DNA of 64,000 nucleotides from Eledone cirrhosa (lineage: Eukaryota). The notes under the pieces were generated by a model. It was given only the letters and a program-made list of their open reading frames with translations. It searched no databases and was not told where the DNA came from. A program made the position numbers and the translations under genes. The DNA lies in assembly GCA_964016885.1 (NCBI GenBank), contig OZ024740.1:271064001-271128000 (forward strand). Reading direction: 5' to 3'. Of the stretch, positions 13,201 through 22,449 are shown piece by piece (within the stretch, counting starts at the first letter, position 1; every line of letters begins with the position of its first letter).

Positions 13201-13416
13201 TACGACAACCCCACCCCCACCTCCAGGTTGACAGAGAGATGCATGCACCTCAAAGTCATCGAAGGTGGGGGCCAGCTGCCGCACGACGCTGATTCGAGTC
13301 TCACAGATAACCATTACATTTATACTACATGACCTGAGGTCATTTAGAAGCTTTGCTTGCTTCCAAGTTGAGCCCAGGCCACGTGCATTCAAACATCCTA
13401 CTCTTAACACATCCAT
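10210..13416 (-). CDS. ORF2 APE endonuclease-reverse transcriptase, with a 77-aa in-frame deletion
   Basis: NARGL, GDWN, SYLDRF, TDHK; FRPITLLN, DQSKAFDRV, RQGCPLS, YADD; CX2CX8HX4C; lacks the KSPGLDG block. Confidence 0.92.
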   Translation of the reverse strand: MDVLRVGCLNARGLGSTWKQAKLLNDLRSCSINVMVICETRISVVRQLAPTFDDFEVHASLCQPGGGGGVVVLLQKHLGFAVQVVHSDPEGRLLVLDVGSSESAALRLVAVYSPFGAERPDFFQRLETFLGTSRSLLLAGDWNDILDARWDYAGACPNRGGCNSLKGLLDRFNLVDRYRLDFPTVPTWTWRNHSGQSRSYLDRFLVRSKDRDILSCPEMRTVGYTDHKLVTCVVNLEKTHRQGPGYWKLNLSLPAKETYRNRISRLVKERLTGAIVNNRWWASLKREIRTESISYSKMLAADRNRNEKELTGKLEEAIKSEDVARVLASRTALNQFFDAKHECCVIRSKIRALGNEGAKAVGWARVTEAKSGNRSTIRSLQDEDGRVIREPKQMCEAYQKHFARLFGGGEGPGGGVDFGPYLVVTLVRKDENKGDNINNFRPITLLNTELKILAKVLAKRLALVVGGLVGDAQTCAIPSRSIHDNLHLMRYIIERVGNKPGFGGALINLDQSKAFDRVDHGYLDAVLAAAGFGPVFRGWITALHSNHICSKIKVNGYLSKPFEITRSIRQGCPLSSLLYVLTLEPLLRKLELLQGIPLEPGLSKAVSAYADDVTVMVSTDSEIEAIGTLLEEYERLSGAKLNREKSIGLQLGTWRGRPMPPDGVVGHWTEGPVKLLGVWFGPDLQVEKNWNEVTNKVFALTQKWAKCKLSLKGRAEVANIYIASVTYYRLTVVPCPKETLTTMERMLFQFLWKKRPPMVRRSICCQQPSKGGLGMPWLMMRRHALRLRHLQVFLTGQPVWAPFVKRAFPRLVSLTELQSWVKQRSGKLGDWHTECAQALRALWQAGQAIGGESTSSFYRGLVASRGDDTLGESLDMEEDELASLFGRNFGPGPMDNFQKSLAWQCYRGALPVRERLYRHGRPGRDPSKKICPRCVRHEETIAHALVQCPGVADLWGYAERLLSRVAPIKLTAESVMTIKPPPLFTKEAKAVFLCVIAMLKEVVWWTRLKGLRSGNFLSGHSLVYFFRYHFGRRIRMEREVLGHRQFYERWVIVARMARVNGPSLYTIL

Positions 13417-13449
13417 GTGGGCGGCAGAGCCAAAGGAGAGTGTAGAGAC

Positions 13450-15351
13450 CTACCTTTCCGCTTCCCGGGGTTCGGGTTGCACGACTTCCATGGGGTCGGG
13501 GGTGTTGGGTGAAGGGGTGTCTTGTGGTGGTGTGGGGTCGTCAGTGTGTGGTGGGGTTGGGGTGTTTGGAGTTGTGTTGGGGAGGGGAAGGGGAGGGGGG
13601 AAGCTTTTTAGTAGGACGCGGTTTATGGGTTTGACAGAGGGTGGTCCTACGTCCTCCTTAAAATCCTTTTTTAGTTTTTGGTAGAGGTTCATTGGGATCT
13701 TTATTAGTTTTAAATGTGGGTAGTTTTCTGACGAAACAAAGTTTACACCTTCGGTTTGTACCGAAGGATTATTGTATATGAGCTCATTTAATTTATTATT
13801 GTTTCTGTTGATGTAAGTATAGTGTAATGTCTTTTTTTCCGATGGTGTGAGTGTTTCGAAGAGGGGAGGGGCAGGTTTGGTTTTGTTTGTTGCTGGAGGG
13901 GTGTTTTCTGTTTTGTTGGATTGTGTTGAGATTTGGGTGTGGGTTGTTTGTCCTTGTGTGTTTTGCACATGTTTTCTTTTTTTCCTTTTAATCTGTCTGA
14001 AGGACTCCGTTTCTTCCTCCGAATTCGTTGGGTTATCTTCAGTGTTGGAGGGAAGAGGTATGTTTGCTGGTAATGTTTCCGTGTTGGTTTTCTTTGTGGG
14101 GGAGATGGATGTCACTATGTTAGACTGTGTTGTGTGTTGTGTCTGCGGTGGTTGTGTTGTTTTATTGAGTGAGAGGTTGGGTGGGCCTGTATTTTGTTTT
14201 GGGGTAATGTGTTGTGACTGTTTGTGTTGTGGTGGTGTTGTGGTTTTACTGAGGGGCGGGTTGGGTGGGACTGAGTTTTGTTGTTTGTTTATCTGTTGTG
14301 GTGGTGGTGGTGGAGCTGGTGTTGGTAGCAGGGTTTTCTTTTTGTTGAGTTGGGGACAAGCGGCCTTCAGGTGCCCTCTGCCTGCACAGATATGGCAGGA
14401 CGGCCTTCTCCCCTCCACGCTAATGTTTATATACCCGTGGTCCTCTAATAGGATTCTGTCGGGTATTTGGGCGATGCGTTCAGGCTTCATTTGTACTACC
14501 AGCTCTATACCTGTTCCACTGAACGCATTGCCTGTGGTTTTCCCAATGGAAATCACGTTGTCATTCACTGGATCGATGAAGCCAGCTATGAGCCAGCAGT
14601 AGTCCACATCTGGCATCATTACATCCAGCCATATGCGTTGAGTTCTTTTCCCCATATAAGATGGATAAAAGGTGAAATTTTTCGAACGAATCGGTGACAA
14701 AGCACATTTTTTTGCCGCCGATTCGTTCTTCATGATAATTGCTAGGCTTCCATACAGTCTGTCTTTTCTTGTGAAAGTGGTTTCATTAAGTACTTCTGTG
14801 AGTACTGTTTTGATATCTGCTTGAGAAGGCTGTTCAGGTTTTTTTGTACTGTTGTTGATGGTCCGAAACTTGACCGTTCGGCTTTCAATGTCTTTCGTGA
14901 ATTCTTGAGGCATTTTTACCGATAAAATACCATTCTCTCCTTCACTTATGTATTGTTTGGCGTCCGTGATCCTTCGTACCACATCTGAAATGTTTTCCGC
15001 TATATAAGTCAAAGATTTCTTTGTTTTCTGTGCAAATGAAATCTTGTCGTCTGCTTTGTTTTCTGATATGGTGTTATTTTCAACTGTTATTTTTGTGTTT
15101 GTTGTGTCTTTGTTTGTGTTATTAGTATTGTCATGCAATTTTTCAAATTTTTTTTTTTCGTTGTTGGAATCCAAGTCCAGATTTGTGTTTTCGTCATTTA
15201 ATTTTTTCTCCGCAGATTCGTCTGTTTTTATTTTAATTTTTCCTTCCTTCTCTATGACGTTAGTTGGGAAGGAAGGGAGGACTAAAGCGTGCGAGCTTAC
15301 AACTCTTACCGCTGTCCCCCCACCACTATTTTCGTTCGCTGCGTTTAACAT
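13450..15351 (-). CDS. ORF1 (zinc-knuckle nucleic-acid-binding protein)
   Basis: CHICAGRGHLKAAC (CX2CX4HX4C), Pro/Thr/Asn-rich tail, directly upstream of ORF2. Confidence 0.88.
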   Translation of the reverse strand: MLNAANENSGGGTAVRVVSSHALVLPSFPTNVIEKEGKIKIKTDESAEKKLNDENTNLDLDSNNEKKKFEKLHDNTNNTNKDTTNTKITVENNTISENKADDKISFAQKTKKSLTYIAENISDVVRRITDAKQYISEGENGILSVKMPQEFTKDIESRTVKFRTINNSTKKPEQPSQADIKTVLTEVLNETTFTRKDRLYGSLAIIMKNESAAKKCALSPIRSKNFTFYPSYMGKRTQRIWLDVMMPDVDYCWLIAGFIDPVNDNVISIGKTTGNAFSGTGIELVVQMKPERIAQIPDRILLEDHGYINISVEGRRPSCHICAGRGHLKAACPQLNKKKTLLPTPAPPPPPQQINKQQNSVPPNPPLSKTTTPPQHKQSQHITPKQNTGPPNLSLNKTTQPPQTQHTTQSNIVTSISPTKKTNTETLPANIPLPSNTEDNPTNSEEETESFRQIKRKKRKHVQNTQGQTTHTQISTQSNKTENTPPATNKTKPAPPLFETLTPSEKKTLHYTYINRNNNKLNELIYNNPSVQTEGVNFVSSENYPHLKLIKIPMNLYQKLKKDFKEDVGPPSVKPINRVLLKSFPPPLPLPNTTPNTPTPPHTDDPTPPQDTPSPNTPDPMEVVQPEPREAER

Positions 15352-15583
15352 TTCTGTTAGACGATTGAAATTTTTTTACACAAAATTTTTTAAAACAGGT
15401 TTTTCACCTCTAGGAGGGGTAAAGATGAGCTGACCCACCGCCTGACAGTTCAGACGGAGGGTCAAGCTACACAATTGTATCAAAATTAAGTTTGAACTCA
15501 CAAAATTTCCTCAATAAATTTGAACAAAACTTCTGTGCGAAGTGAATGACATCCACACTGTAGAACAGACGACAGCTAGATTA

Positions 15584-15666
<83 letters not shown>

Positions 15667-15932
15667 TGTTTCTTTTATTTGCCACCAGGGCATCAAAAGT
15701 GGGACAAGTACAATGGGGGGAGTTTACAAAACAAGGCGTCCTCAATAAGGAGGAGGCAATAACAATATATAAAAATAAAATAAAATATAACAAAAAATAA
15801 AATTTATAACAAAGTCCTCAATAGAGAGGAGGCGCCTTGGGGGGTCGCACACACCCCCGAAAAAAGTGTGCAACCTCAGGAGCACAGAGAAGGGGTGCTC
15901 CCTTGGTCTTTCATCTTCCTCACCTATAGTCT
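15667..15932 (-). mobile_element. 266-bp 3'UTR-only module of a related Tx1-like family (copy a)
   Basis: Starts near the position matching the ORF2 stop (ctaTAGgtgaggaag vs ctgTAGgtaaagaag); shares hairpins and the AATAAA..GAAA end; bounded by (GATA)n. Confidence 0.82.
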
Positions 15933-16007
<75 letters not shown>

Positions 16008-16221
16008 TTCTTTATTTACCATAAAGGCATAAAAAGAAGGGACAAATACAAAGGGGGAGTTTACATATAATCGAGTAAAAAGGGTGTAACATGAAAATAA
16101 TCGAAAATAACCTCAAAAGGGAGGGGACGTGATGGGGGTTGCACACACCCCCGAAAAAGTGTGCAATCCTTTGCCCGGGGAGCACATGGAGAAGGTGCCC
16201 CCCTCTCCTTTACTTCTTTAC

Positions 16222-19200
16222 CTACAGGATGGTATACAGAGAAGGCCCATTTACACGAGCCATTCTCGCCACTATCACCCACCTTTCATAAAACTGCCTG
16301 TGGCCAAGCACCTCTCTCTCCATTCTTATCCTTCTTCCGAAGTGATATCGGAAGAAGTAGACCAGACTATGGCCAGAGAGGAAGTTGCCTGACCTCAGAC
16401 CTTTCAATCGTGTCCACCAAACAACCTCTTTCAACATGGCTATTACGCACAGAAAAACCGCCTTTGCTTCCTTTGTGAAGAGGGGAGGCGGTTTGATTGT
16501 CATCACGGACTCGGCTGTCAATTTAATCGGCGCCACCCGCGACAGCAGTTGTTCGGCGTAGCCCCACAGATCAGCCACGCCCGGACATTGCACCAATGCG
16601 TGCGCCACGGTTTCTTCGTGACGCACGCATCTAGGGCAAATCTTTTTTGAGGGATCCCTGCCCGGGCGCCCGTGTCTGTAGAGCCTCTCTCGAACGGGTA
16701 GAGCCCCTCGGTAGCACTGCCAGGCCAGTGACTTCTGGAAGTTGTCCATTGGTCCTGGGCCGAAAGTCCTACCGAACAGGCTGGCCAGTTCGTCTTCTTC
16801 CATGTCCAGCGACTCTCCAAGGGTGTCATCGCCCCTGCTAGCCACCAGCCCTCTATAGAATGATGAGGTGGATTCTCCACCGATGGCCCGGCCCGCTTGC
16901 CAGAGAGCCCTGAGCGCCTGAGCACACTCAGTGTGCCAGTCTCCCAGTTTTCCGGATCTTTGCTTGACCCAGGACTGTAGCTCGGTGAGTGAGACGAGTC
17001 TCGGAAAGGCTCGTTTCACGAACGGAGCCCACACCGGTTGACCAGTGAGGAATACCTGTAGGTGCCGTAGCCTTAATGCGTGCCTACGCATCATCAACCA
17101 CGGCATCCCCAGCCCTCCTTTCGAAGGTTGTTGGCAGCAGATGGATCTTCTCACCATAGGAGGACGCTTCTTCCAAAGAAATTGGAAGAGCATGCGTTCC
17201 ATGGTGGTGAGTGTTTCCTTAGGGCAAGGCACGACAGTCAGGCGGTAGTAAGTGACGGACGCTATGTAAATGTTCGCCACCTCCGCCCGGCCTTTTAGGG
17301 ACAGCTTACACTTGGCCCATTTCTGGGTTAGTGCAAACACCTTGTTCGTAACCTCGTTCCAGTTCTTTTCCACCTGGAGGTCCGGTCCAAACCAGACCCC
17401 AAGCAACTTTACCGGGCCCTCCGTCCAGTGTCCGACGACACCATCGGGAGGCATCGGTCTGCCTCTCCACGTTCCGAGTTGCAGCCCGATGGATTTTTCC
17501 CGGTTCAGTTTCGCTCCTGACAACCTTTCGTACTCCTCCAGTAAGGTACCGATCGCCTCGATCTCCGAGTCGGTTGATACCATTACTGTTACGTCATCAG
17601 CGTAGGCCGACACCGCTTTGCTCAATCCTGGTTCCAGGGGGATACCCTGCAACAACTCCAACTTCCTCAGTAAAGGCTCGAGAGTCAATACGTACAGAAG
17701 GGAGGAGAGAGGGCACCCCTGTCGAATGGATCGTGTGATTTCGAACGGCTTCGAAAGGTAGCCGTTCACCTTGATCCTAGAACAGATGTGGTTGCTATGT
17801 AGGGCAGTGATCCAGCCTCTGAAAACAGGACCGAACCCAGCCGCCGCTAGCACCGCATCCAGGTAACCATGGTCGACCCTATCGAAGGCCTTAGACTGAT
17901 CCAAGTTGATCAGGGCCCCACCGAAGCCGGGTTTGTTGCCAACCCTCTCTATGATGTATCGCATGAGGTGGAGGTTATCGTGAATGGACCTGGATGGGAT
18001 AGCACATGTCTGCGCATCTCCCACCAGGCCACCCACGACAAGCGCCAACCTCTTTGCTAACACCTTGGCCAAAATCTTTAACTCTGTGTTTAGCAGGGTT
18101 ATGGGCCGAAAATTATTTATACTATCCCCCTTGTTCTCGTCCTTCCTCACCAGCGTGACTACGCCCTTGGCTACAGAACAAGGAATTCTCCCGTTCTGCT
18201 GCCAATTGCAGTAGACCGCTTCGAGGAGTTCGGAGAAGAAGACCGGCATTGCTAAATAAAGTTCGTAAGGTATACCATCGAGACCTGGAGATTTGCGTCT
18301 GCTGCATTGGCTCAGCGCATCTCCGATCTCATCAGCCGAGATTGGTCCCTCGCAGGACTCCGCCTCTTTGTTCGAGAGACGCGGCAGGCCGTCGAGGTAT
18401 GGACCGAAATCCACGCCCCGGCCCGGACCCTCGCCTCCCCCGAACAATCGGGCAAAGTGCTTTTGAAAGGCCTCGCACATCTGCTTAGGCTCCCGGATCA
18501 CTCGTCCATCTTCGTCTTGCAACGACCGGATGGTGGATCGATTTCCACTTTTAGCTTCTGTCACGCGGGCCCATCCAACGGCTTTGGCCCCCTCATTACC
18601 TAGAGCACGTATTTTACTTCGAATGACGCAGCCTTCATGCTTTGCATCGAAAAACTGGTTCAAGGCCGTCCTCGATGCCAGCACTCTGGCCACATCTTCG
18701 CTCTTGATTGCCTCTTCTAATTTACCTGTTAATTCTTTCTCGTTTCTATTCCTATTGGCAGCTAACATCTTGCTATAACTTATTGATTCTGTTCTAATCT
18801 CTCTTTTGAGAGATGCCCACCATCGGTTGTTGACGATTGCACCCGTCAACCTCTCCTTAACTAATCTGCTAATCCGGTTTCTGTAAGTCTCTTTTGCCGG
18901 TAAAGACAAATTAAGTTTCCAGTAACCGGGACCCTGTCTATGTGTTTTCTCGAGATTGACCACGCAGGTCACTAATTTGTGATCCGTGTAGCCAACCGTG
19001 CGCATTTCTGGACAGCTTAATATGTCCCTATCCTTACTTCTAACTAAGAATCTATCTAAGTACGATCTAGATTGACCACTGTGGTTTCTCCAAGTCCAGG
19101 TAGGCACAGTTGGAAAATCTAGTCGATATCTATCGACCAAGTTAAAACGGTCGAGTAACCCCTTGAGGCTGTTACACCCCCCTCTATTAGGACATGCTCC

Positions 19201-19659
19201 TGCATAGTCCCAACGTGCATCCAGGATGTCATTCCAATCCCCCGCTAGAAGCAGGGAACGCGACGTTCCCAGAAAAGTCTCCAAACGCTGGAAGAAGTCG
19301 GGCCGTTCAGCTCCGAAAGGGGAGTAGACGGCGACCAGTCTCAAGGCCGCACTTTCACTACTGCCAACGTCTAGCACCAACAAACGACCCTCCGGGTCCG
19401 AGTGCACAACCTGTACGGCAAGACCCAGGTGTTTTTGCATCAGCACGACAACCCCACCCCCACCTCCAGGTTGACAGAGAGATGCATGCACCTCAAAGTC
19501 ATCGAAGGTGGGGGCCAGCTGCCGCATGACGCTGATTCGAGTCTCACAGATAACCATTACATTTATACTACATGACCTGAGGTCATTTAGAAGCTTTGCT
19601 TGCTTCCAAGTTGAGCCCAGGCCACGTGCATTCAAACATCCTACTCTTAACACATCCAT
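16222..19659 (-). CDS. ORF2 APE-RT, 1145 aa
   Basis: All APE and RT motifs including KSPGLDG and YADD, plus the C-terminal CCHC finger. Confidence 0.95.
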   Translation of the reverse strand: MDVLRVGCLNARGLGSTWKQAKLLNDLRSCSINVMVICETRISVMRQLAPTFDDFEVHASLCQPGGGGGVVVLMQKHLGLAVQVVHSDPEGRLLVLDVGSSESAALRLVAVYSPFGAERPDFFQRLETFLGTSRSLLLAGDWNDILDARWDYAGACPNRGGCNSLKGLLDRFNLVDRYRLDFPTVPTWTWRNHSGQSRSYLDRFLVRSKDRDILSCPEMRTVGYTDHKLVTCVVNLEKTHRQGPGYWKLNLSLPAKETYRNRISRLVKERLTGAIVNNRWWASLKREIRTESISYSKMLAANRNRNEKELTGKLEEAIKSEDVARVLASRTALNQFFDAKHEGCVIRSKIRALGNEGAKAVGWARVTEAKSGNRSTIRSLQDEDGRVIREPKQMCEAFQKHFARLFGGGEGPGRGVDFGPYLDGLPRLSNKEAESCEGPISADEIGDALSQCSRRKSPGLDGIPYELYLAMPVFFSELLEAVYCNWQQNGRIPCSVAKGVVTLVRKDENKGDSINNFRPITLLNTELKILAKVLAKRLALVVGGLVGDAQTCAIPSRSIHDNLHLMRYIIERVGNKPGFGGALINLDQSKAFDRVDHGYLDAVLAAAGFGPVFRGWITALHSNHICSRIKVNGYLSKPFEITRSIRQGCPLSSLLYVLTLEPLLRKLELLQGIPLEPGLSKAVSAYADDVTVMVSTDSEIEAIGTLLEEYERLSGAKLNREKSIGLQLGTWRGRPMPPDGVVGHWTEGPVKLLGVWFGPDLQVEKNWNEVTNKVFALTQKWAKCKLSLKGRAEVANIYIASVTYYRLTVVPCPKETLTTMERMLFQFLWKKRPPMVRRSICCQQPSKGGLGMPWLMMRRHALRLRHLQVFLTGQPVWAPFVKRAFPRLVSLTELQSWVKQRSGKLGDWHTECAQALRALWQAGRAIGGESTSSFYRGLVASRGDDTLGESLDMEEDELASLFGRTFGPGPMDNFQKSLAWQCYRGALPVRERLYRHGRPGRDPSKKICPRCVRHEETVAHALVQCPGVADLWGYAEQLLSRVAPIKLTAESVMTIKPPPLFTKEAKAVFLCVIAMLKEVVWWTRLKGLRSGNFLSGHSLVYFFRYHFGRRIRMEREVLGHRQFYERWVIVARMARVNGPSLYTIL

Positions 19660-19692
19660 GTGGGCGGCAGAGCCAAAGGAGAGTGTAGAGAC

Positions 19693-21570
19693 CTACCTTT
19701 CCGCTTCCCGGGGTTCGGGTTGCACGACTTCCATGGGGTCGGGGGTGTTGGGTGAAGGGGTGTCTTGTGGTGGTGTGGGGTCGTCGGTGTGTGGTGGGGT
19801 TGGGGTGTTTGGAGTTGTGTTGGGGAGGGGAAGGGGAGGGGGAAAGCTTTTTAGTAGGACGCGGTTTATGGGTTTGACAGAGGGTGGTCCTACGTCCTCC
19901 TTAAAATCCTTTTTTAGTTTTTGGTAGAGGTTCATTGGGATTTTTATTAGTTTTAAATGTGGGTGGTTTTCTGATGAAACAAAGTTTACACCTTCGGTTT
20001 GTACCGAAGGATTATTGTATATGAGTTCATTTAATTTATTATTGTTTCTGTTGATGTAAGTATAGTGTAATGTCTTTTTTTCCGATGGTGTGAGTGTTTC
20101 GAAGAGGGGAGGGGCAGGTTTGGTTTTGTTTGTTGCTGGAGGGGTGTTTTCTGTTTTGTTAGATTGTGTTGCGATTTGGGTGGGGGTTGTTTGTCCTTGT
20201 GTGTTTTGCACATGTTTTCTTTTTTTCCTTTTAATCTGTCTGAAGGACTCCGTTTCTTCCTCCGAATTCGTTGGGTTATCTTCAGTGTTGGAGGGAAGAG
20301 GTATGTTTGCTGGTAATGTTTCCGTGTTGGTTTTCTTTGTGGGGGAGATGGATGTCACTATGTTAGACTGTGTTGTGTGTTGTGTCTGCGGTGGTTGTGT
20401 TGTTTTATTGAGTGAGAGGTTGGGTGGGCCTGTATTTTGTTTTGGGGTAATGTGTTGTGACTGTTTGTGTTGTGGTGGTGTTGTGGTGTTACTGAGGGAC
20501 GGGTTGGGTGGGACTGAGTTTTGTTGTTTGTTTATCTGTTGTGGTGGTGGTGGTGGAGCTGGTGTTGGTAGCAGGGTTTTCTTTTTGTTGAGTTGGGGAC
20601 AAGCGGCCTTCAGGTGCCCTCTGCCTGCACAGATATGGCAGGACGGCCTTCTCCCCTCCACGCTAATGTTTATATACCCGTGGTCCTCTAATAGGATTCT
20701 GTCGGGTATTTGGGCGATGCGTTCAGGCTTCATTTGTACTACCAGCTCTATACCTGTTCCACTGAACGCATCGCCTGTGGTTTTCCCAATGGAAATCACG
20801 TTGTCATTCACTGGATCGATGAAGCCAGCTATGAGCCAGCAGTAGTCCACATCTGGCATCATTGCATCCAGCCATATGCGTTGAGTTTTTTTTCCCATAT
20901 AAGATGGATAAAAGGTGAAATTTTTCGAACGAATCGGTGACAAAGCACATTTTTTTGCCGCCGATTCGTTCTTCATGATAATTGCTAGGCTTCCATACAG
21001 TCTGTCTTTTCTTATGAAAGTTGTTTCATTCAGTACTTCTGCGAGTACTGTTTTGATATCTGCTTGAGAAGGCTGTTCAGGTTTTTTTGTACTGTTGTTG
21101 ATGGTCCGAAACTTGACCGTTCGGCTTTCAATGTCTTTCGTGAATTCTTGAGGCATTTTTACCAATAAAATACCATTCTCACCTTCACTTATGTATTGTT
21201 TTGCGTCCGTGATCCTTCGTACCACATCTGAAATGTTTTCCGCTATATAAGTCAAAGATTTCTTTGTTTTCTGTGCAAATGAAATCTTGTCGTCTGCTTT
21301 GTTTTCTGATGTTATGTTATTTTCAACTGTTATTTTTTTGTTTGTTGTGTCTTTGTTTGTGTTATTAGTATTGTCATGCAATTTTTCAAATTTTTTTTCT
21401 TCGTTGTTTTCGACATTTAATTTTTCCTCCGCAGATTCGTCCGTTTTTATTTTCATTTTTCCTTCCTTCTCTATGACGTTAGTTGGGAAGGAAGGGAGGA
21501 CTAAAGCGTGCGAGCTTACAACTCTTACCGCTGTCCCCCCACCACTATTTTCGTTCGCTGCGTTTAACAT
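19693..21570 (-). CDS. ORF1 zinc-knuckle protein, 625 aa
   Basis: CCHC knuckle; position upstream of ORF2. Confidence 0.88.
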   Translation of the reverse strand: MLNAANENSGGGTAVRVVSSHALVLPSFPTNVIEKEGKMKIKTDESAEEKLNVENNEEKKFEKLHDNTNNTNKDTTNKKITVENNITSENKADDKISFAQKTKKSLTYIAENISDVVRRITDAKQYISEGENGILLVKMPQEFTKDIESRTVKFRTINNSTKKPEQPSQADIKTVLAEVLNETTFIRKDRLYGSLAIIMKNESAAKKCALSPIRSKNFTFYPSYMGKKTQRIWLDAMMPDVDYCWLIAGFIDPVNDNVISIGKTTGDAFSGTGIELVVQMKPERIAQIPDRILLEDHGYINISVEGRRPSCHICAGRGHLKAACPQLNKKKTLLPTPAPPPPPQQINKQQNSVPPNPSLSNTTTPPQHKQSQHITPKQNTGPPNLSLNKTTQPPQTQHTTQSNIVTSISPTKKTNTETLPANIPLPSNTEDNPTNSEEETESFRQIKRKKRKHVQNTQGQTTPTQIATQSNKTENTPPATNKTKPAPPLFETLTPSEKKTLHYTYINRNNNKLNELIYNNPSVQTEGVNFVSSENHPHLKLIKIPMNLYQKLKKDFKEDVGPPSVKPINRVLLKSFPPPLPLPNTTPNTPTPPHTDDPTPPQDTPSPNTPDPMEVVQPEPREAER

Positions 21571-21803
21571 TTCTGTTAGACGATTGAAATTTTTTACACA
21601 AAATTTTTTTTAAAACAGGTTTTTCACCTCTAGGAGGGGTAAAGTTGAGCTGACCCACCGCCTGACAGTTCAGACGGAGGGTCAAGCTACACAATTGTAT
21701 CAAAATTAAGTTTGAACTCACAAAATTTCCTCAATAAATTTGAACAAAACTTCTGTGCGAAGTGAATGACATCCACACTGTAGAACAGACGACAGCTAGA
21801 TTA

Positions 21804-21898
<95 letters not shown>

Positions 21899-22164
21899 TG
21901 TTTCTTTTATTTGCCACCAGGGCATCAAAAGTGGGACAAGTACAATGGGGGGAGTTTACAAAACAAGGCGTCCTCAATAAGGAGGAGGCAATAACAATAT
22001 ATAAAAATAAAATAAAATATAACAAAAAATAAAATTTATAACAAAGTCCTCAATAGAGAGGAGGCGCCTTGGGGGGTCGCACACACCCCCGAAAAAAGTG
22101 TGCAACCTCAGGAGCACAGAGAAGGGGTGCTCCCTTGGTCTTTCATCTTCCTCACCTATAGTCT
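21899..22164 (-). mobile_element. 266-bp 3'UTR module (copy b)
   Basis: Appears identical to 15667-15932. Confidence 0.82.
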
Positions 22165-22235
<71 letters not shown>

Positions 22236-22449
22236 TTCTTTATTTACCATAAAGGCATAAAAAGAAGGGACAAATACAAAGGGGGAGTTTACATATAATC
22301 GAGTAAAAAGGGTGTAACATGAAAATAATCGAAAATAACCTCAAAAGGGAGGGGACGTGATGGGGGTTGCACACACCCCCGAAAAAGTGTGCAATCCTTT
22401 GCCCGGGGAGCACATGGAGAAGGTGCCCCCCTCTCCTTTACTTCTTTAC

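Larger units (their letters stand above)
10004..15584 (-). mobile_element. Tx1-like non-LTR retrotransposon copy 1 (5581 bp, 231-bp internal deletion)
   Basis: ORF1 plus ORF2; AATAAA near the 3' end; (GATA)n on both sides. Confidence 0.93.
16008..21804 (-). mobile_element. Tx1-like non-LTR retrotransposon copy 2 (5797 bp, apparently intact)
   Basis: Both ORFs open; (GATA)n flanks. Confidence 0.95.
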
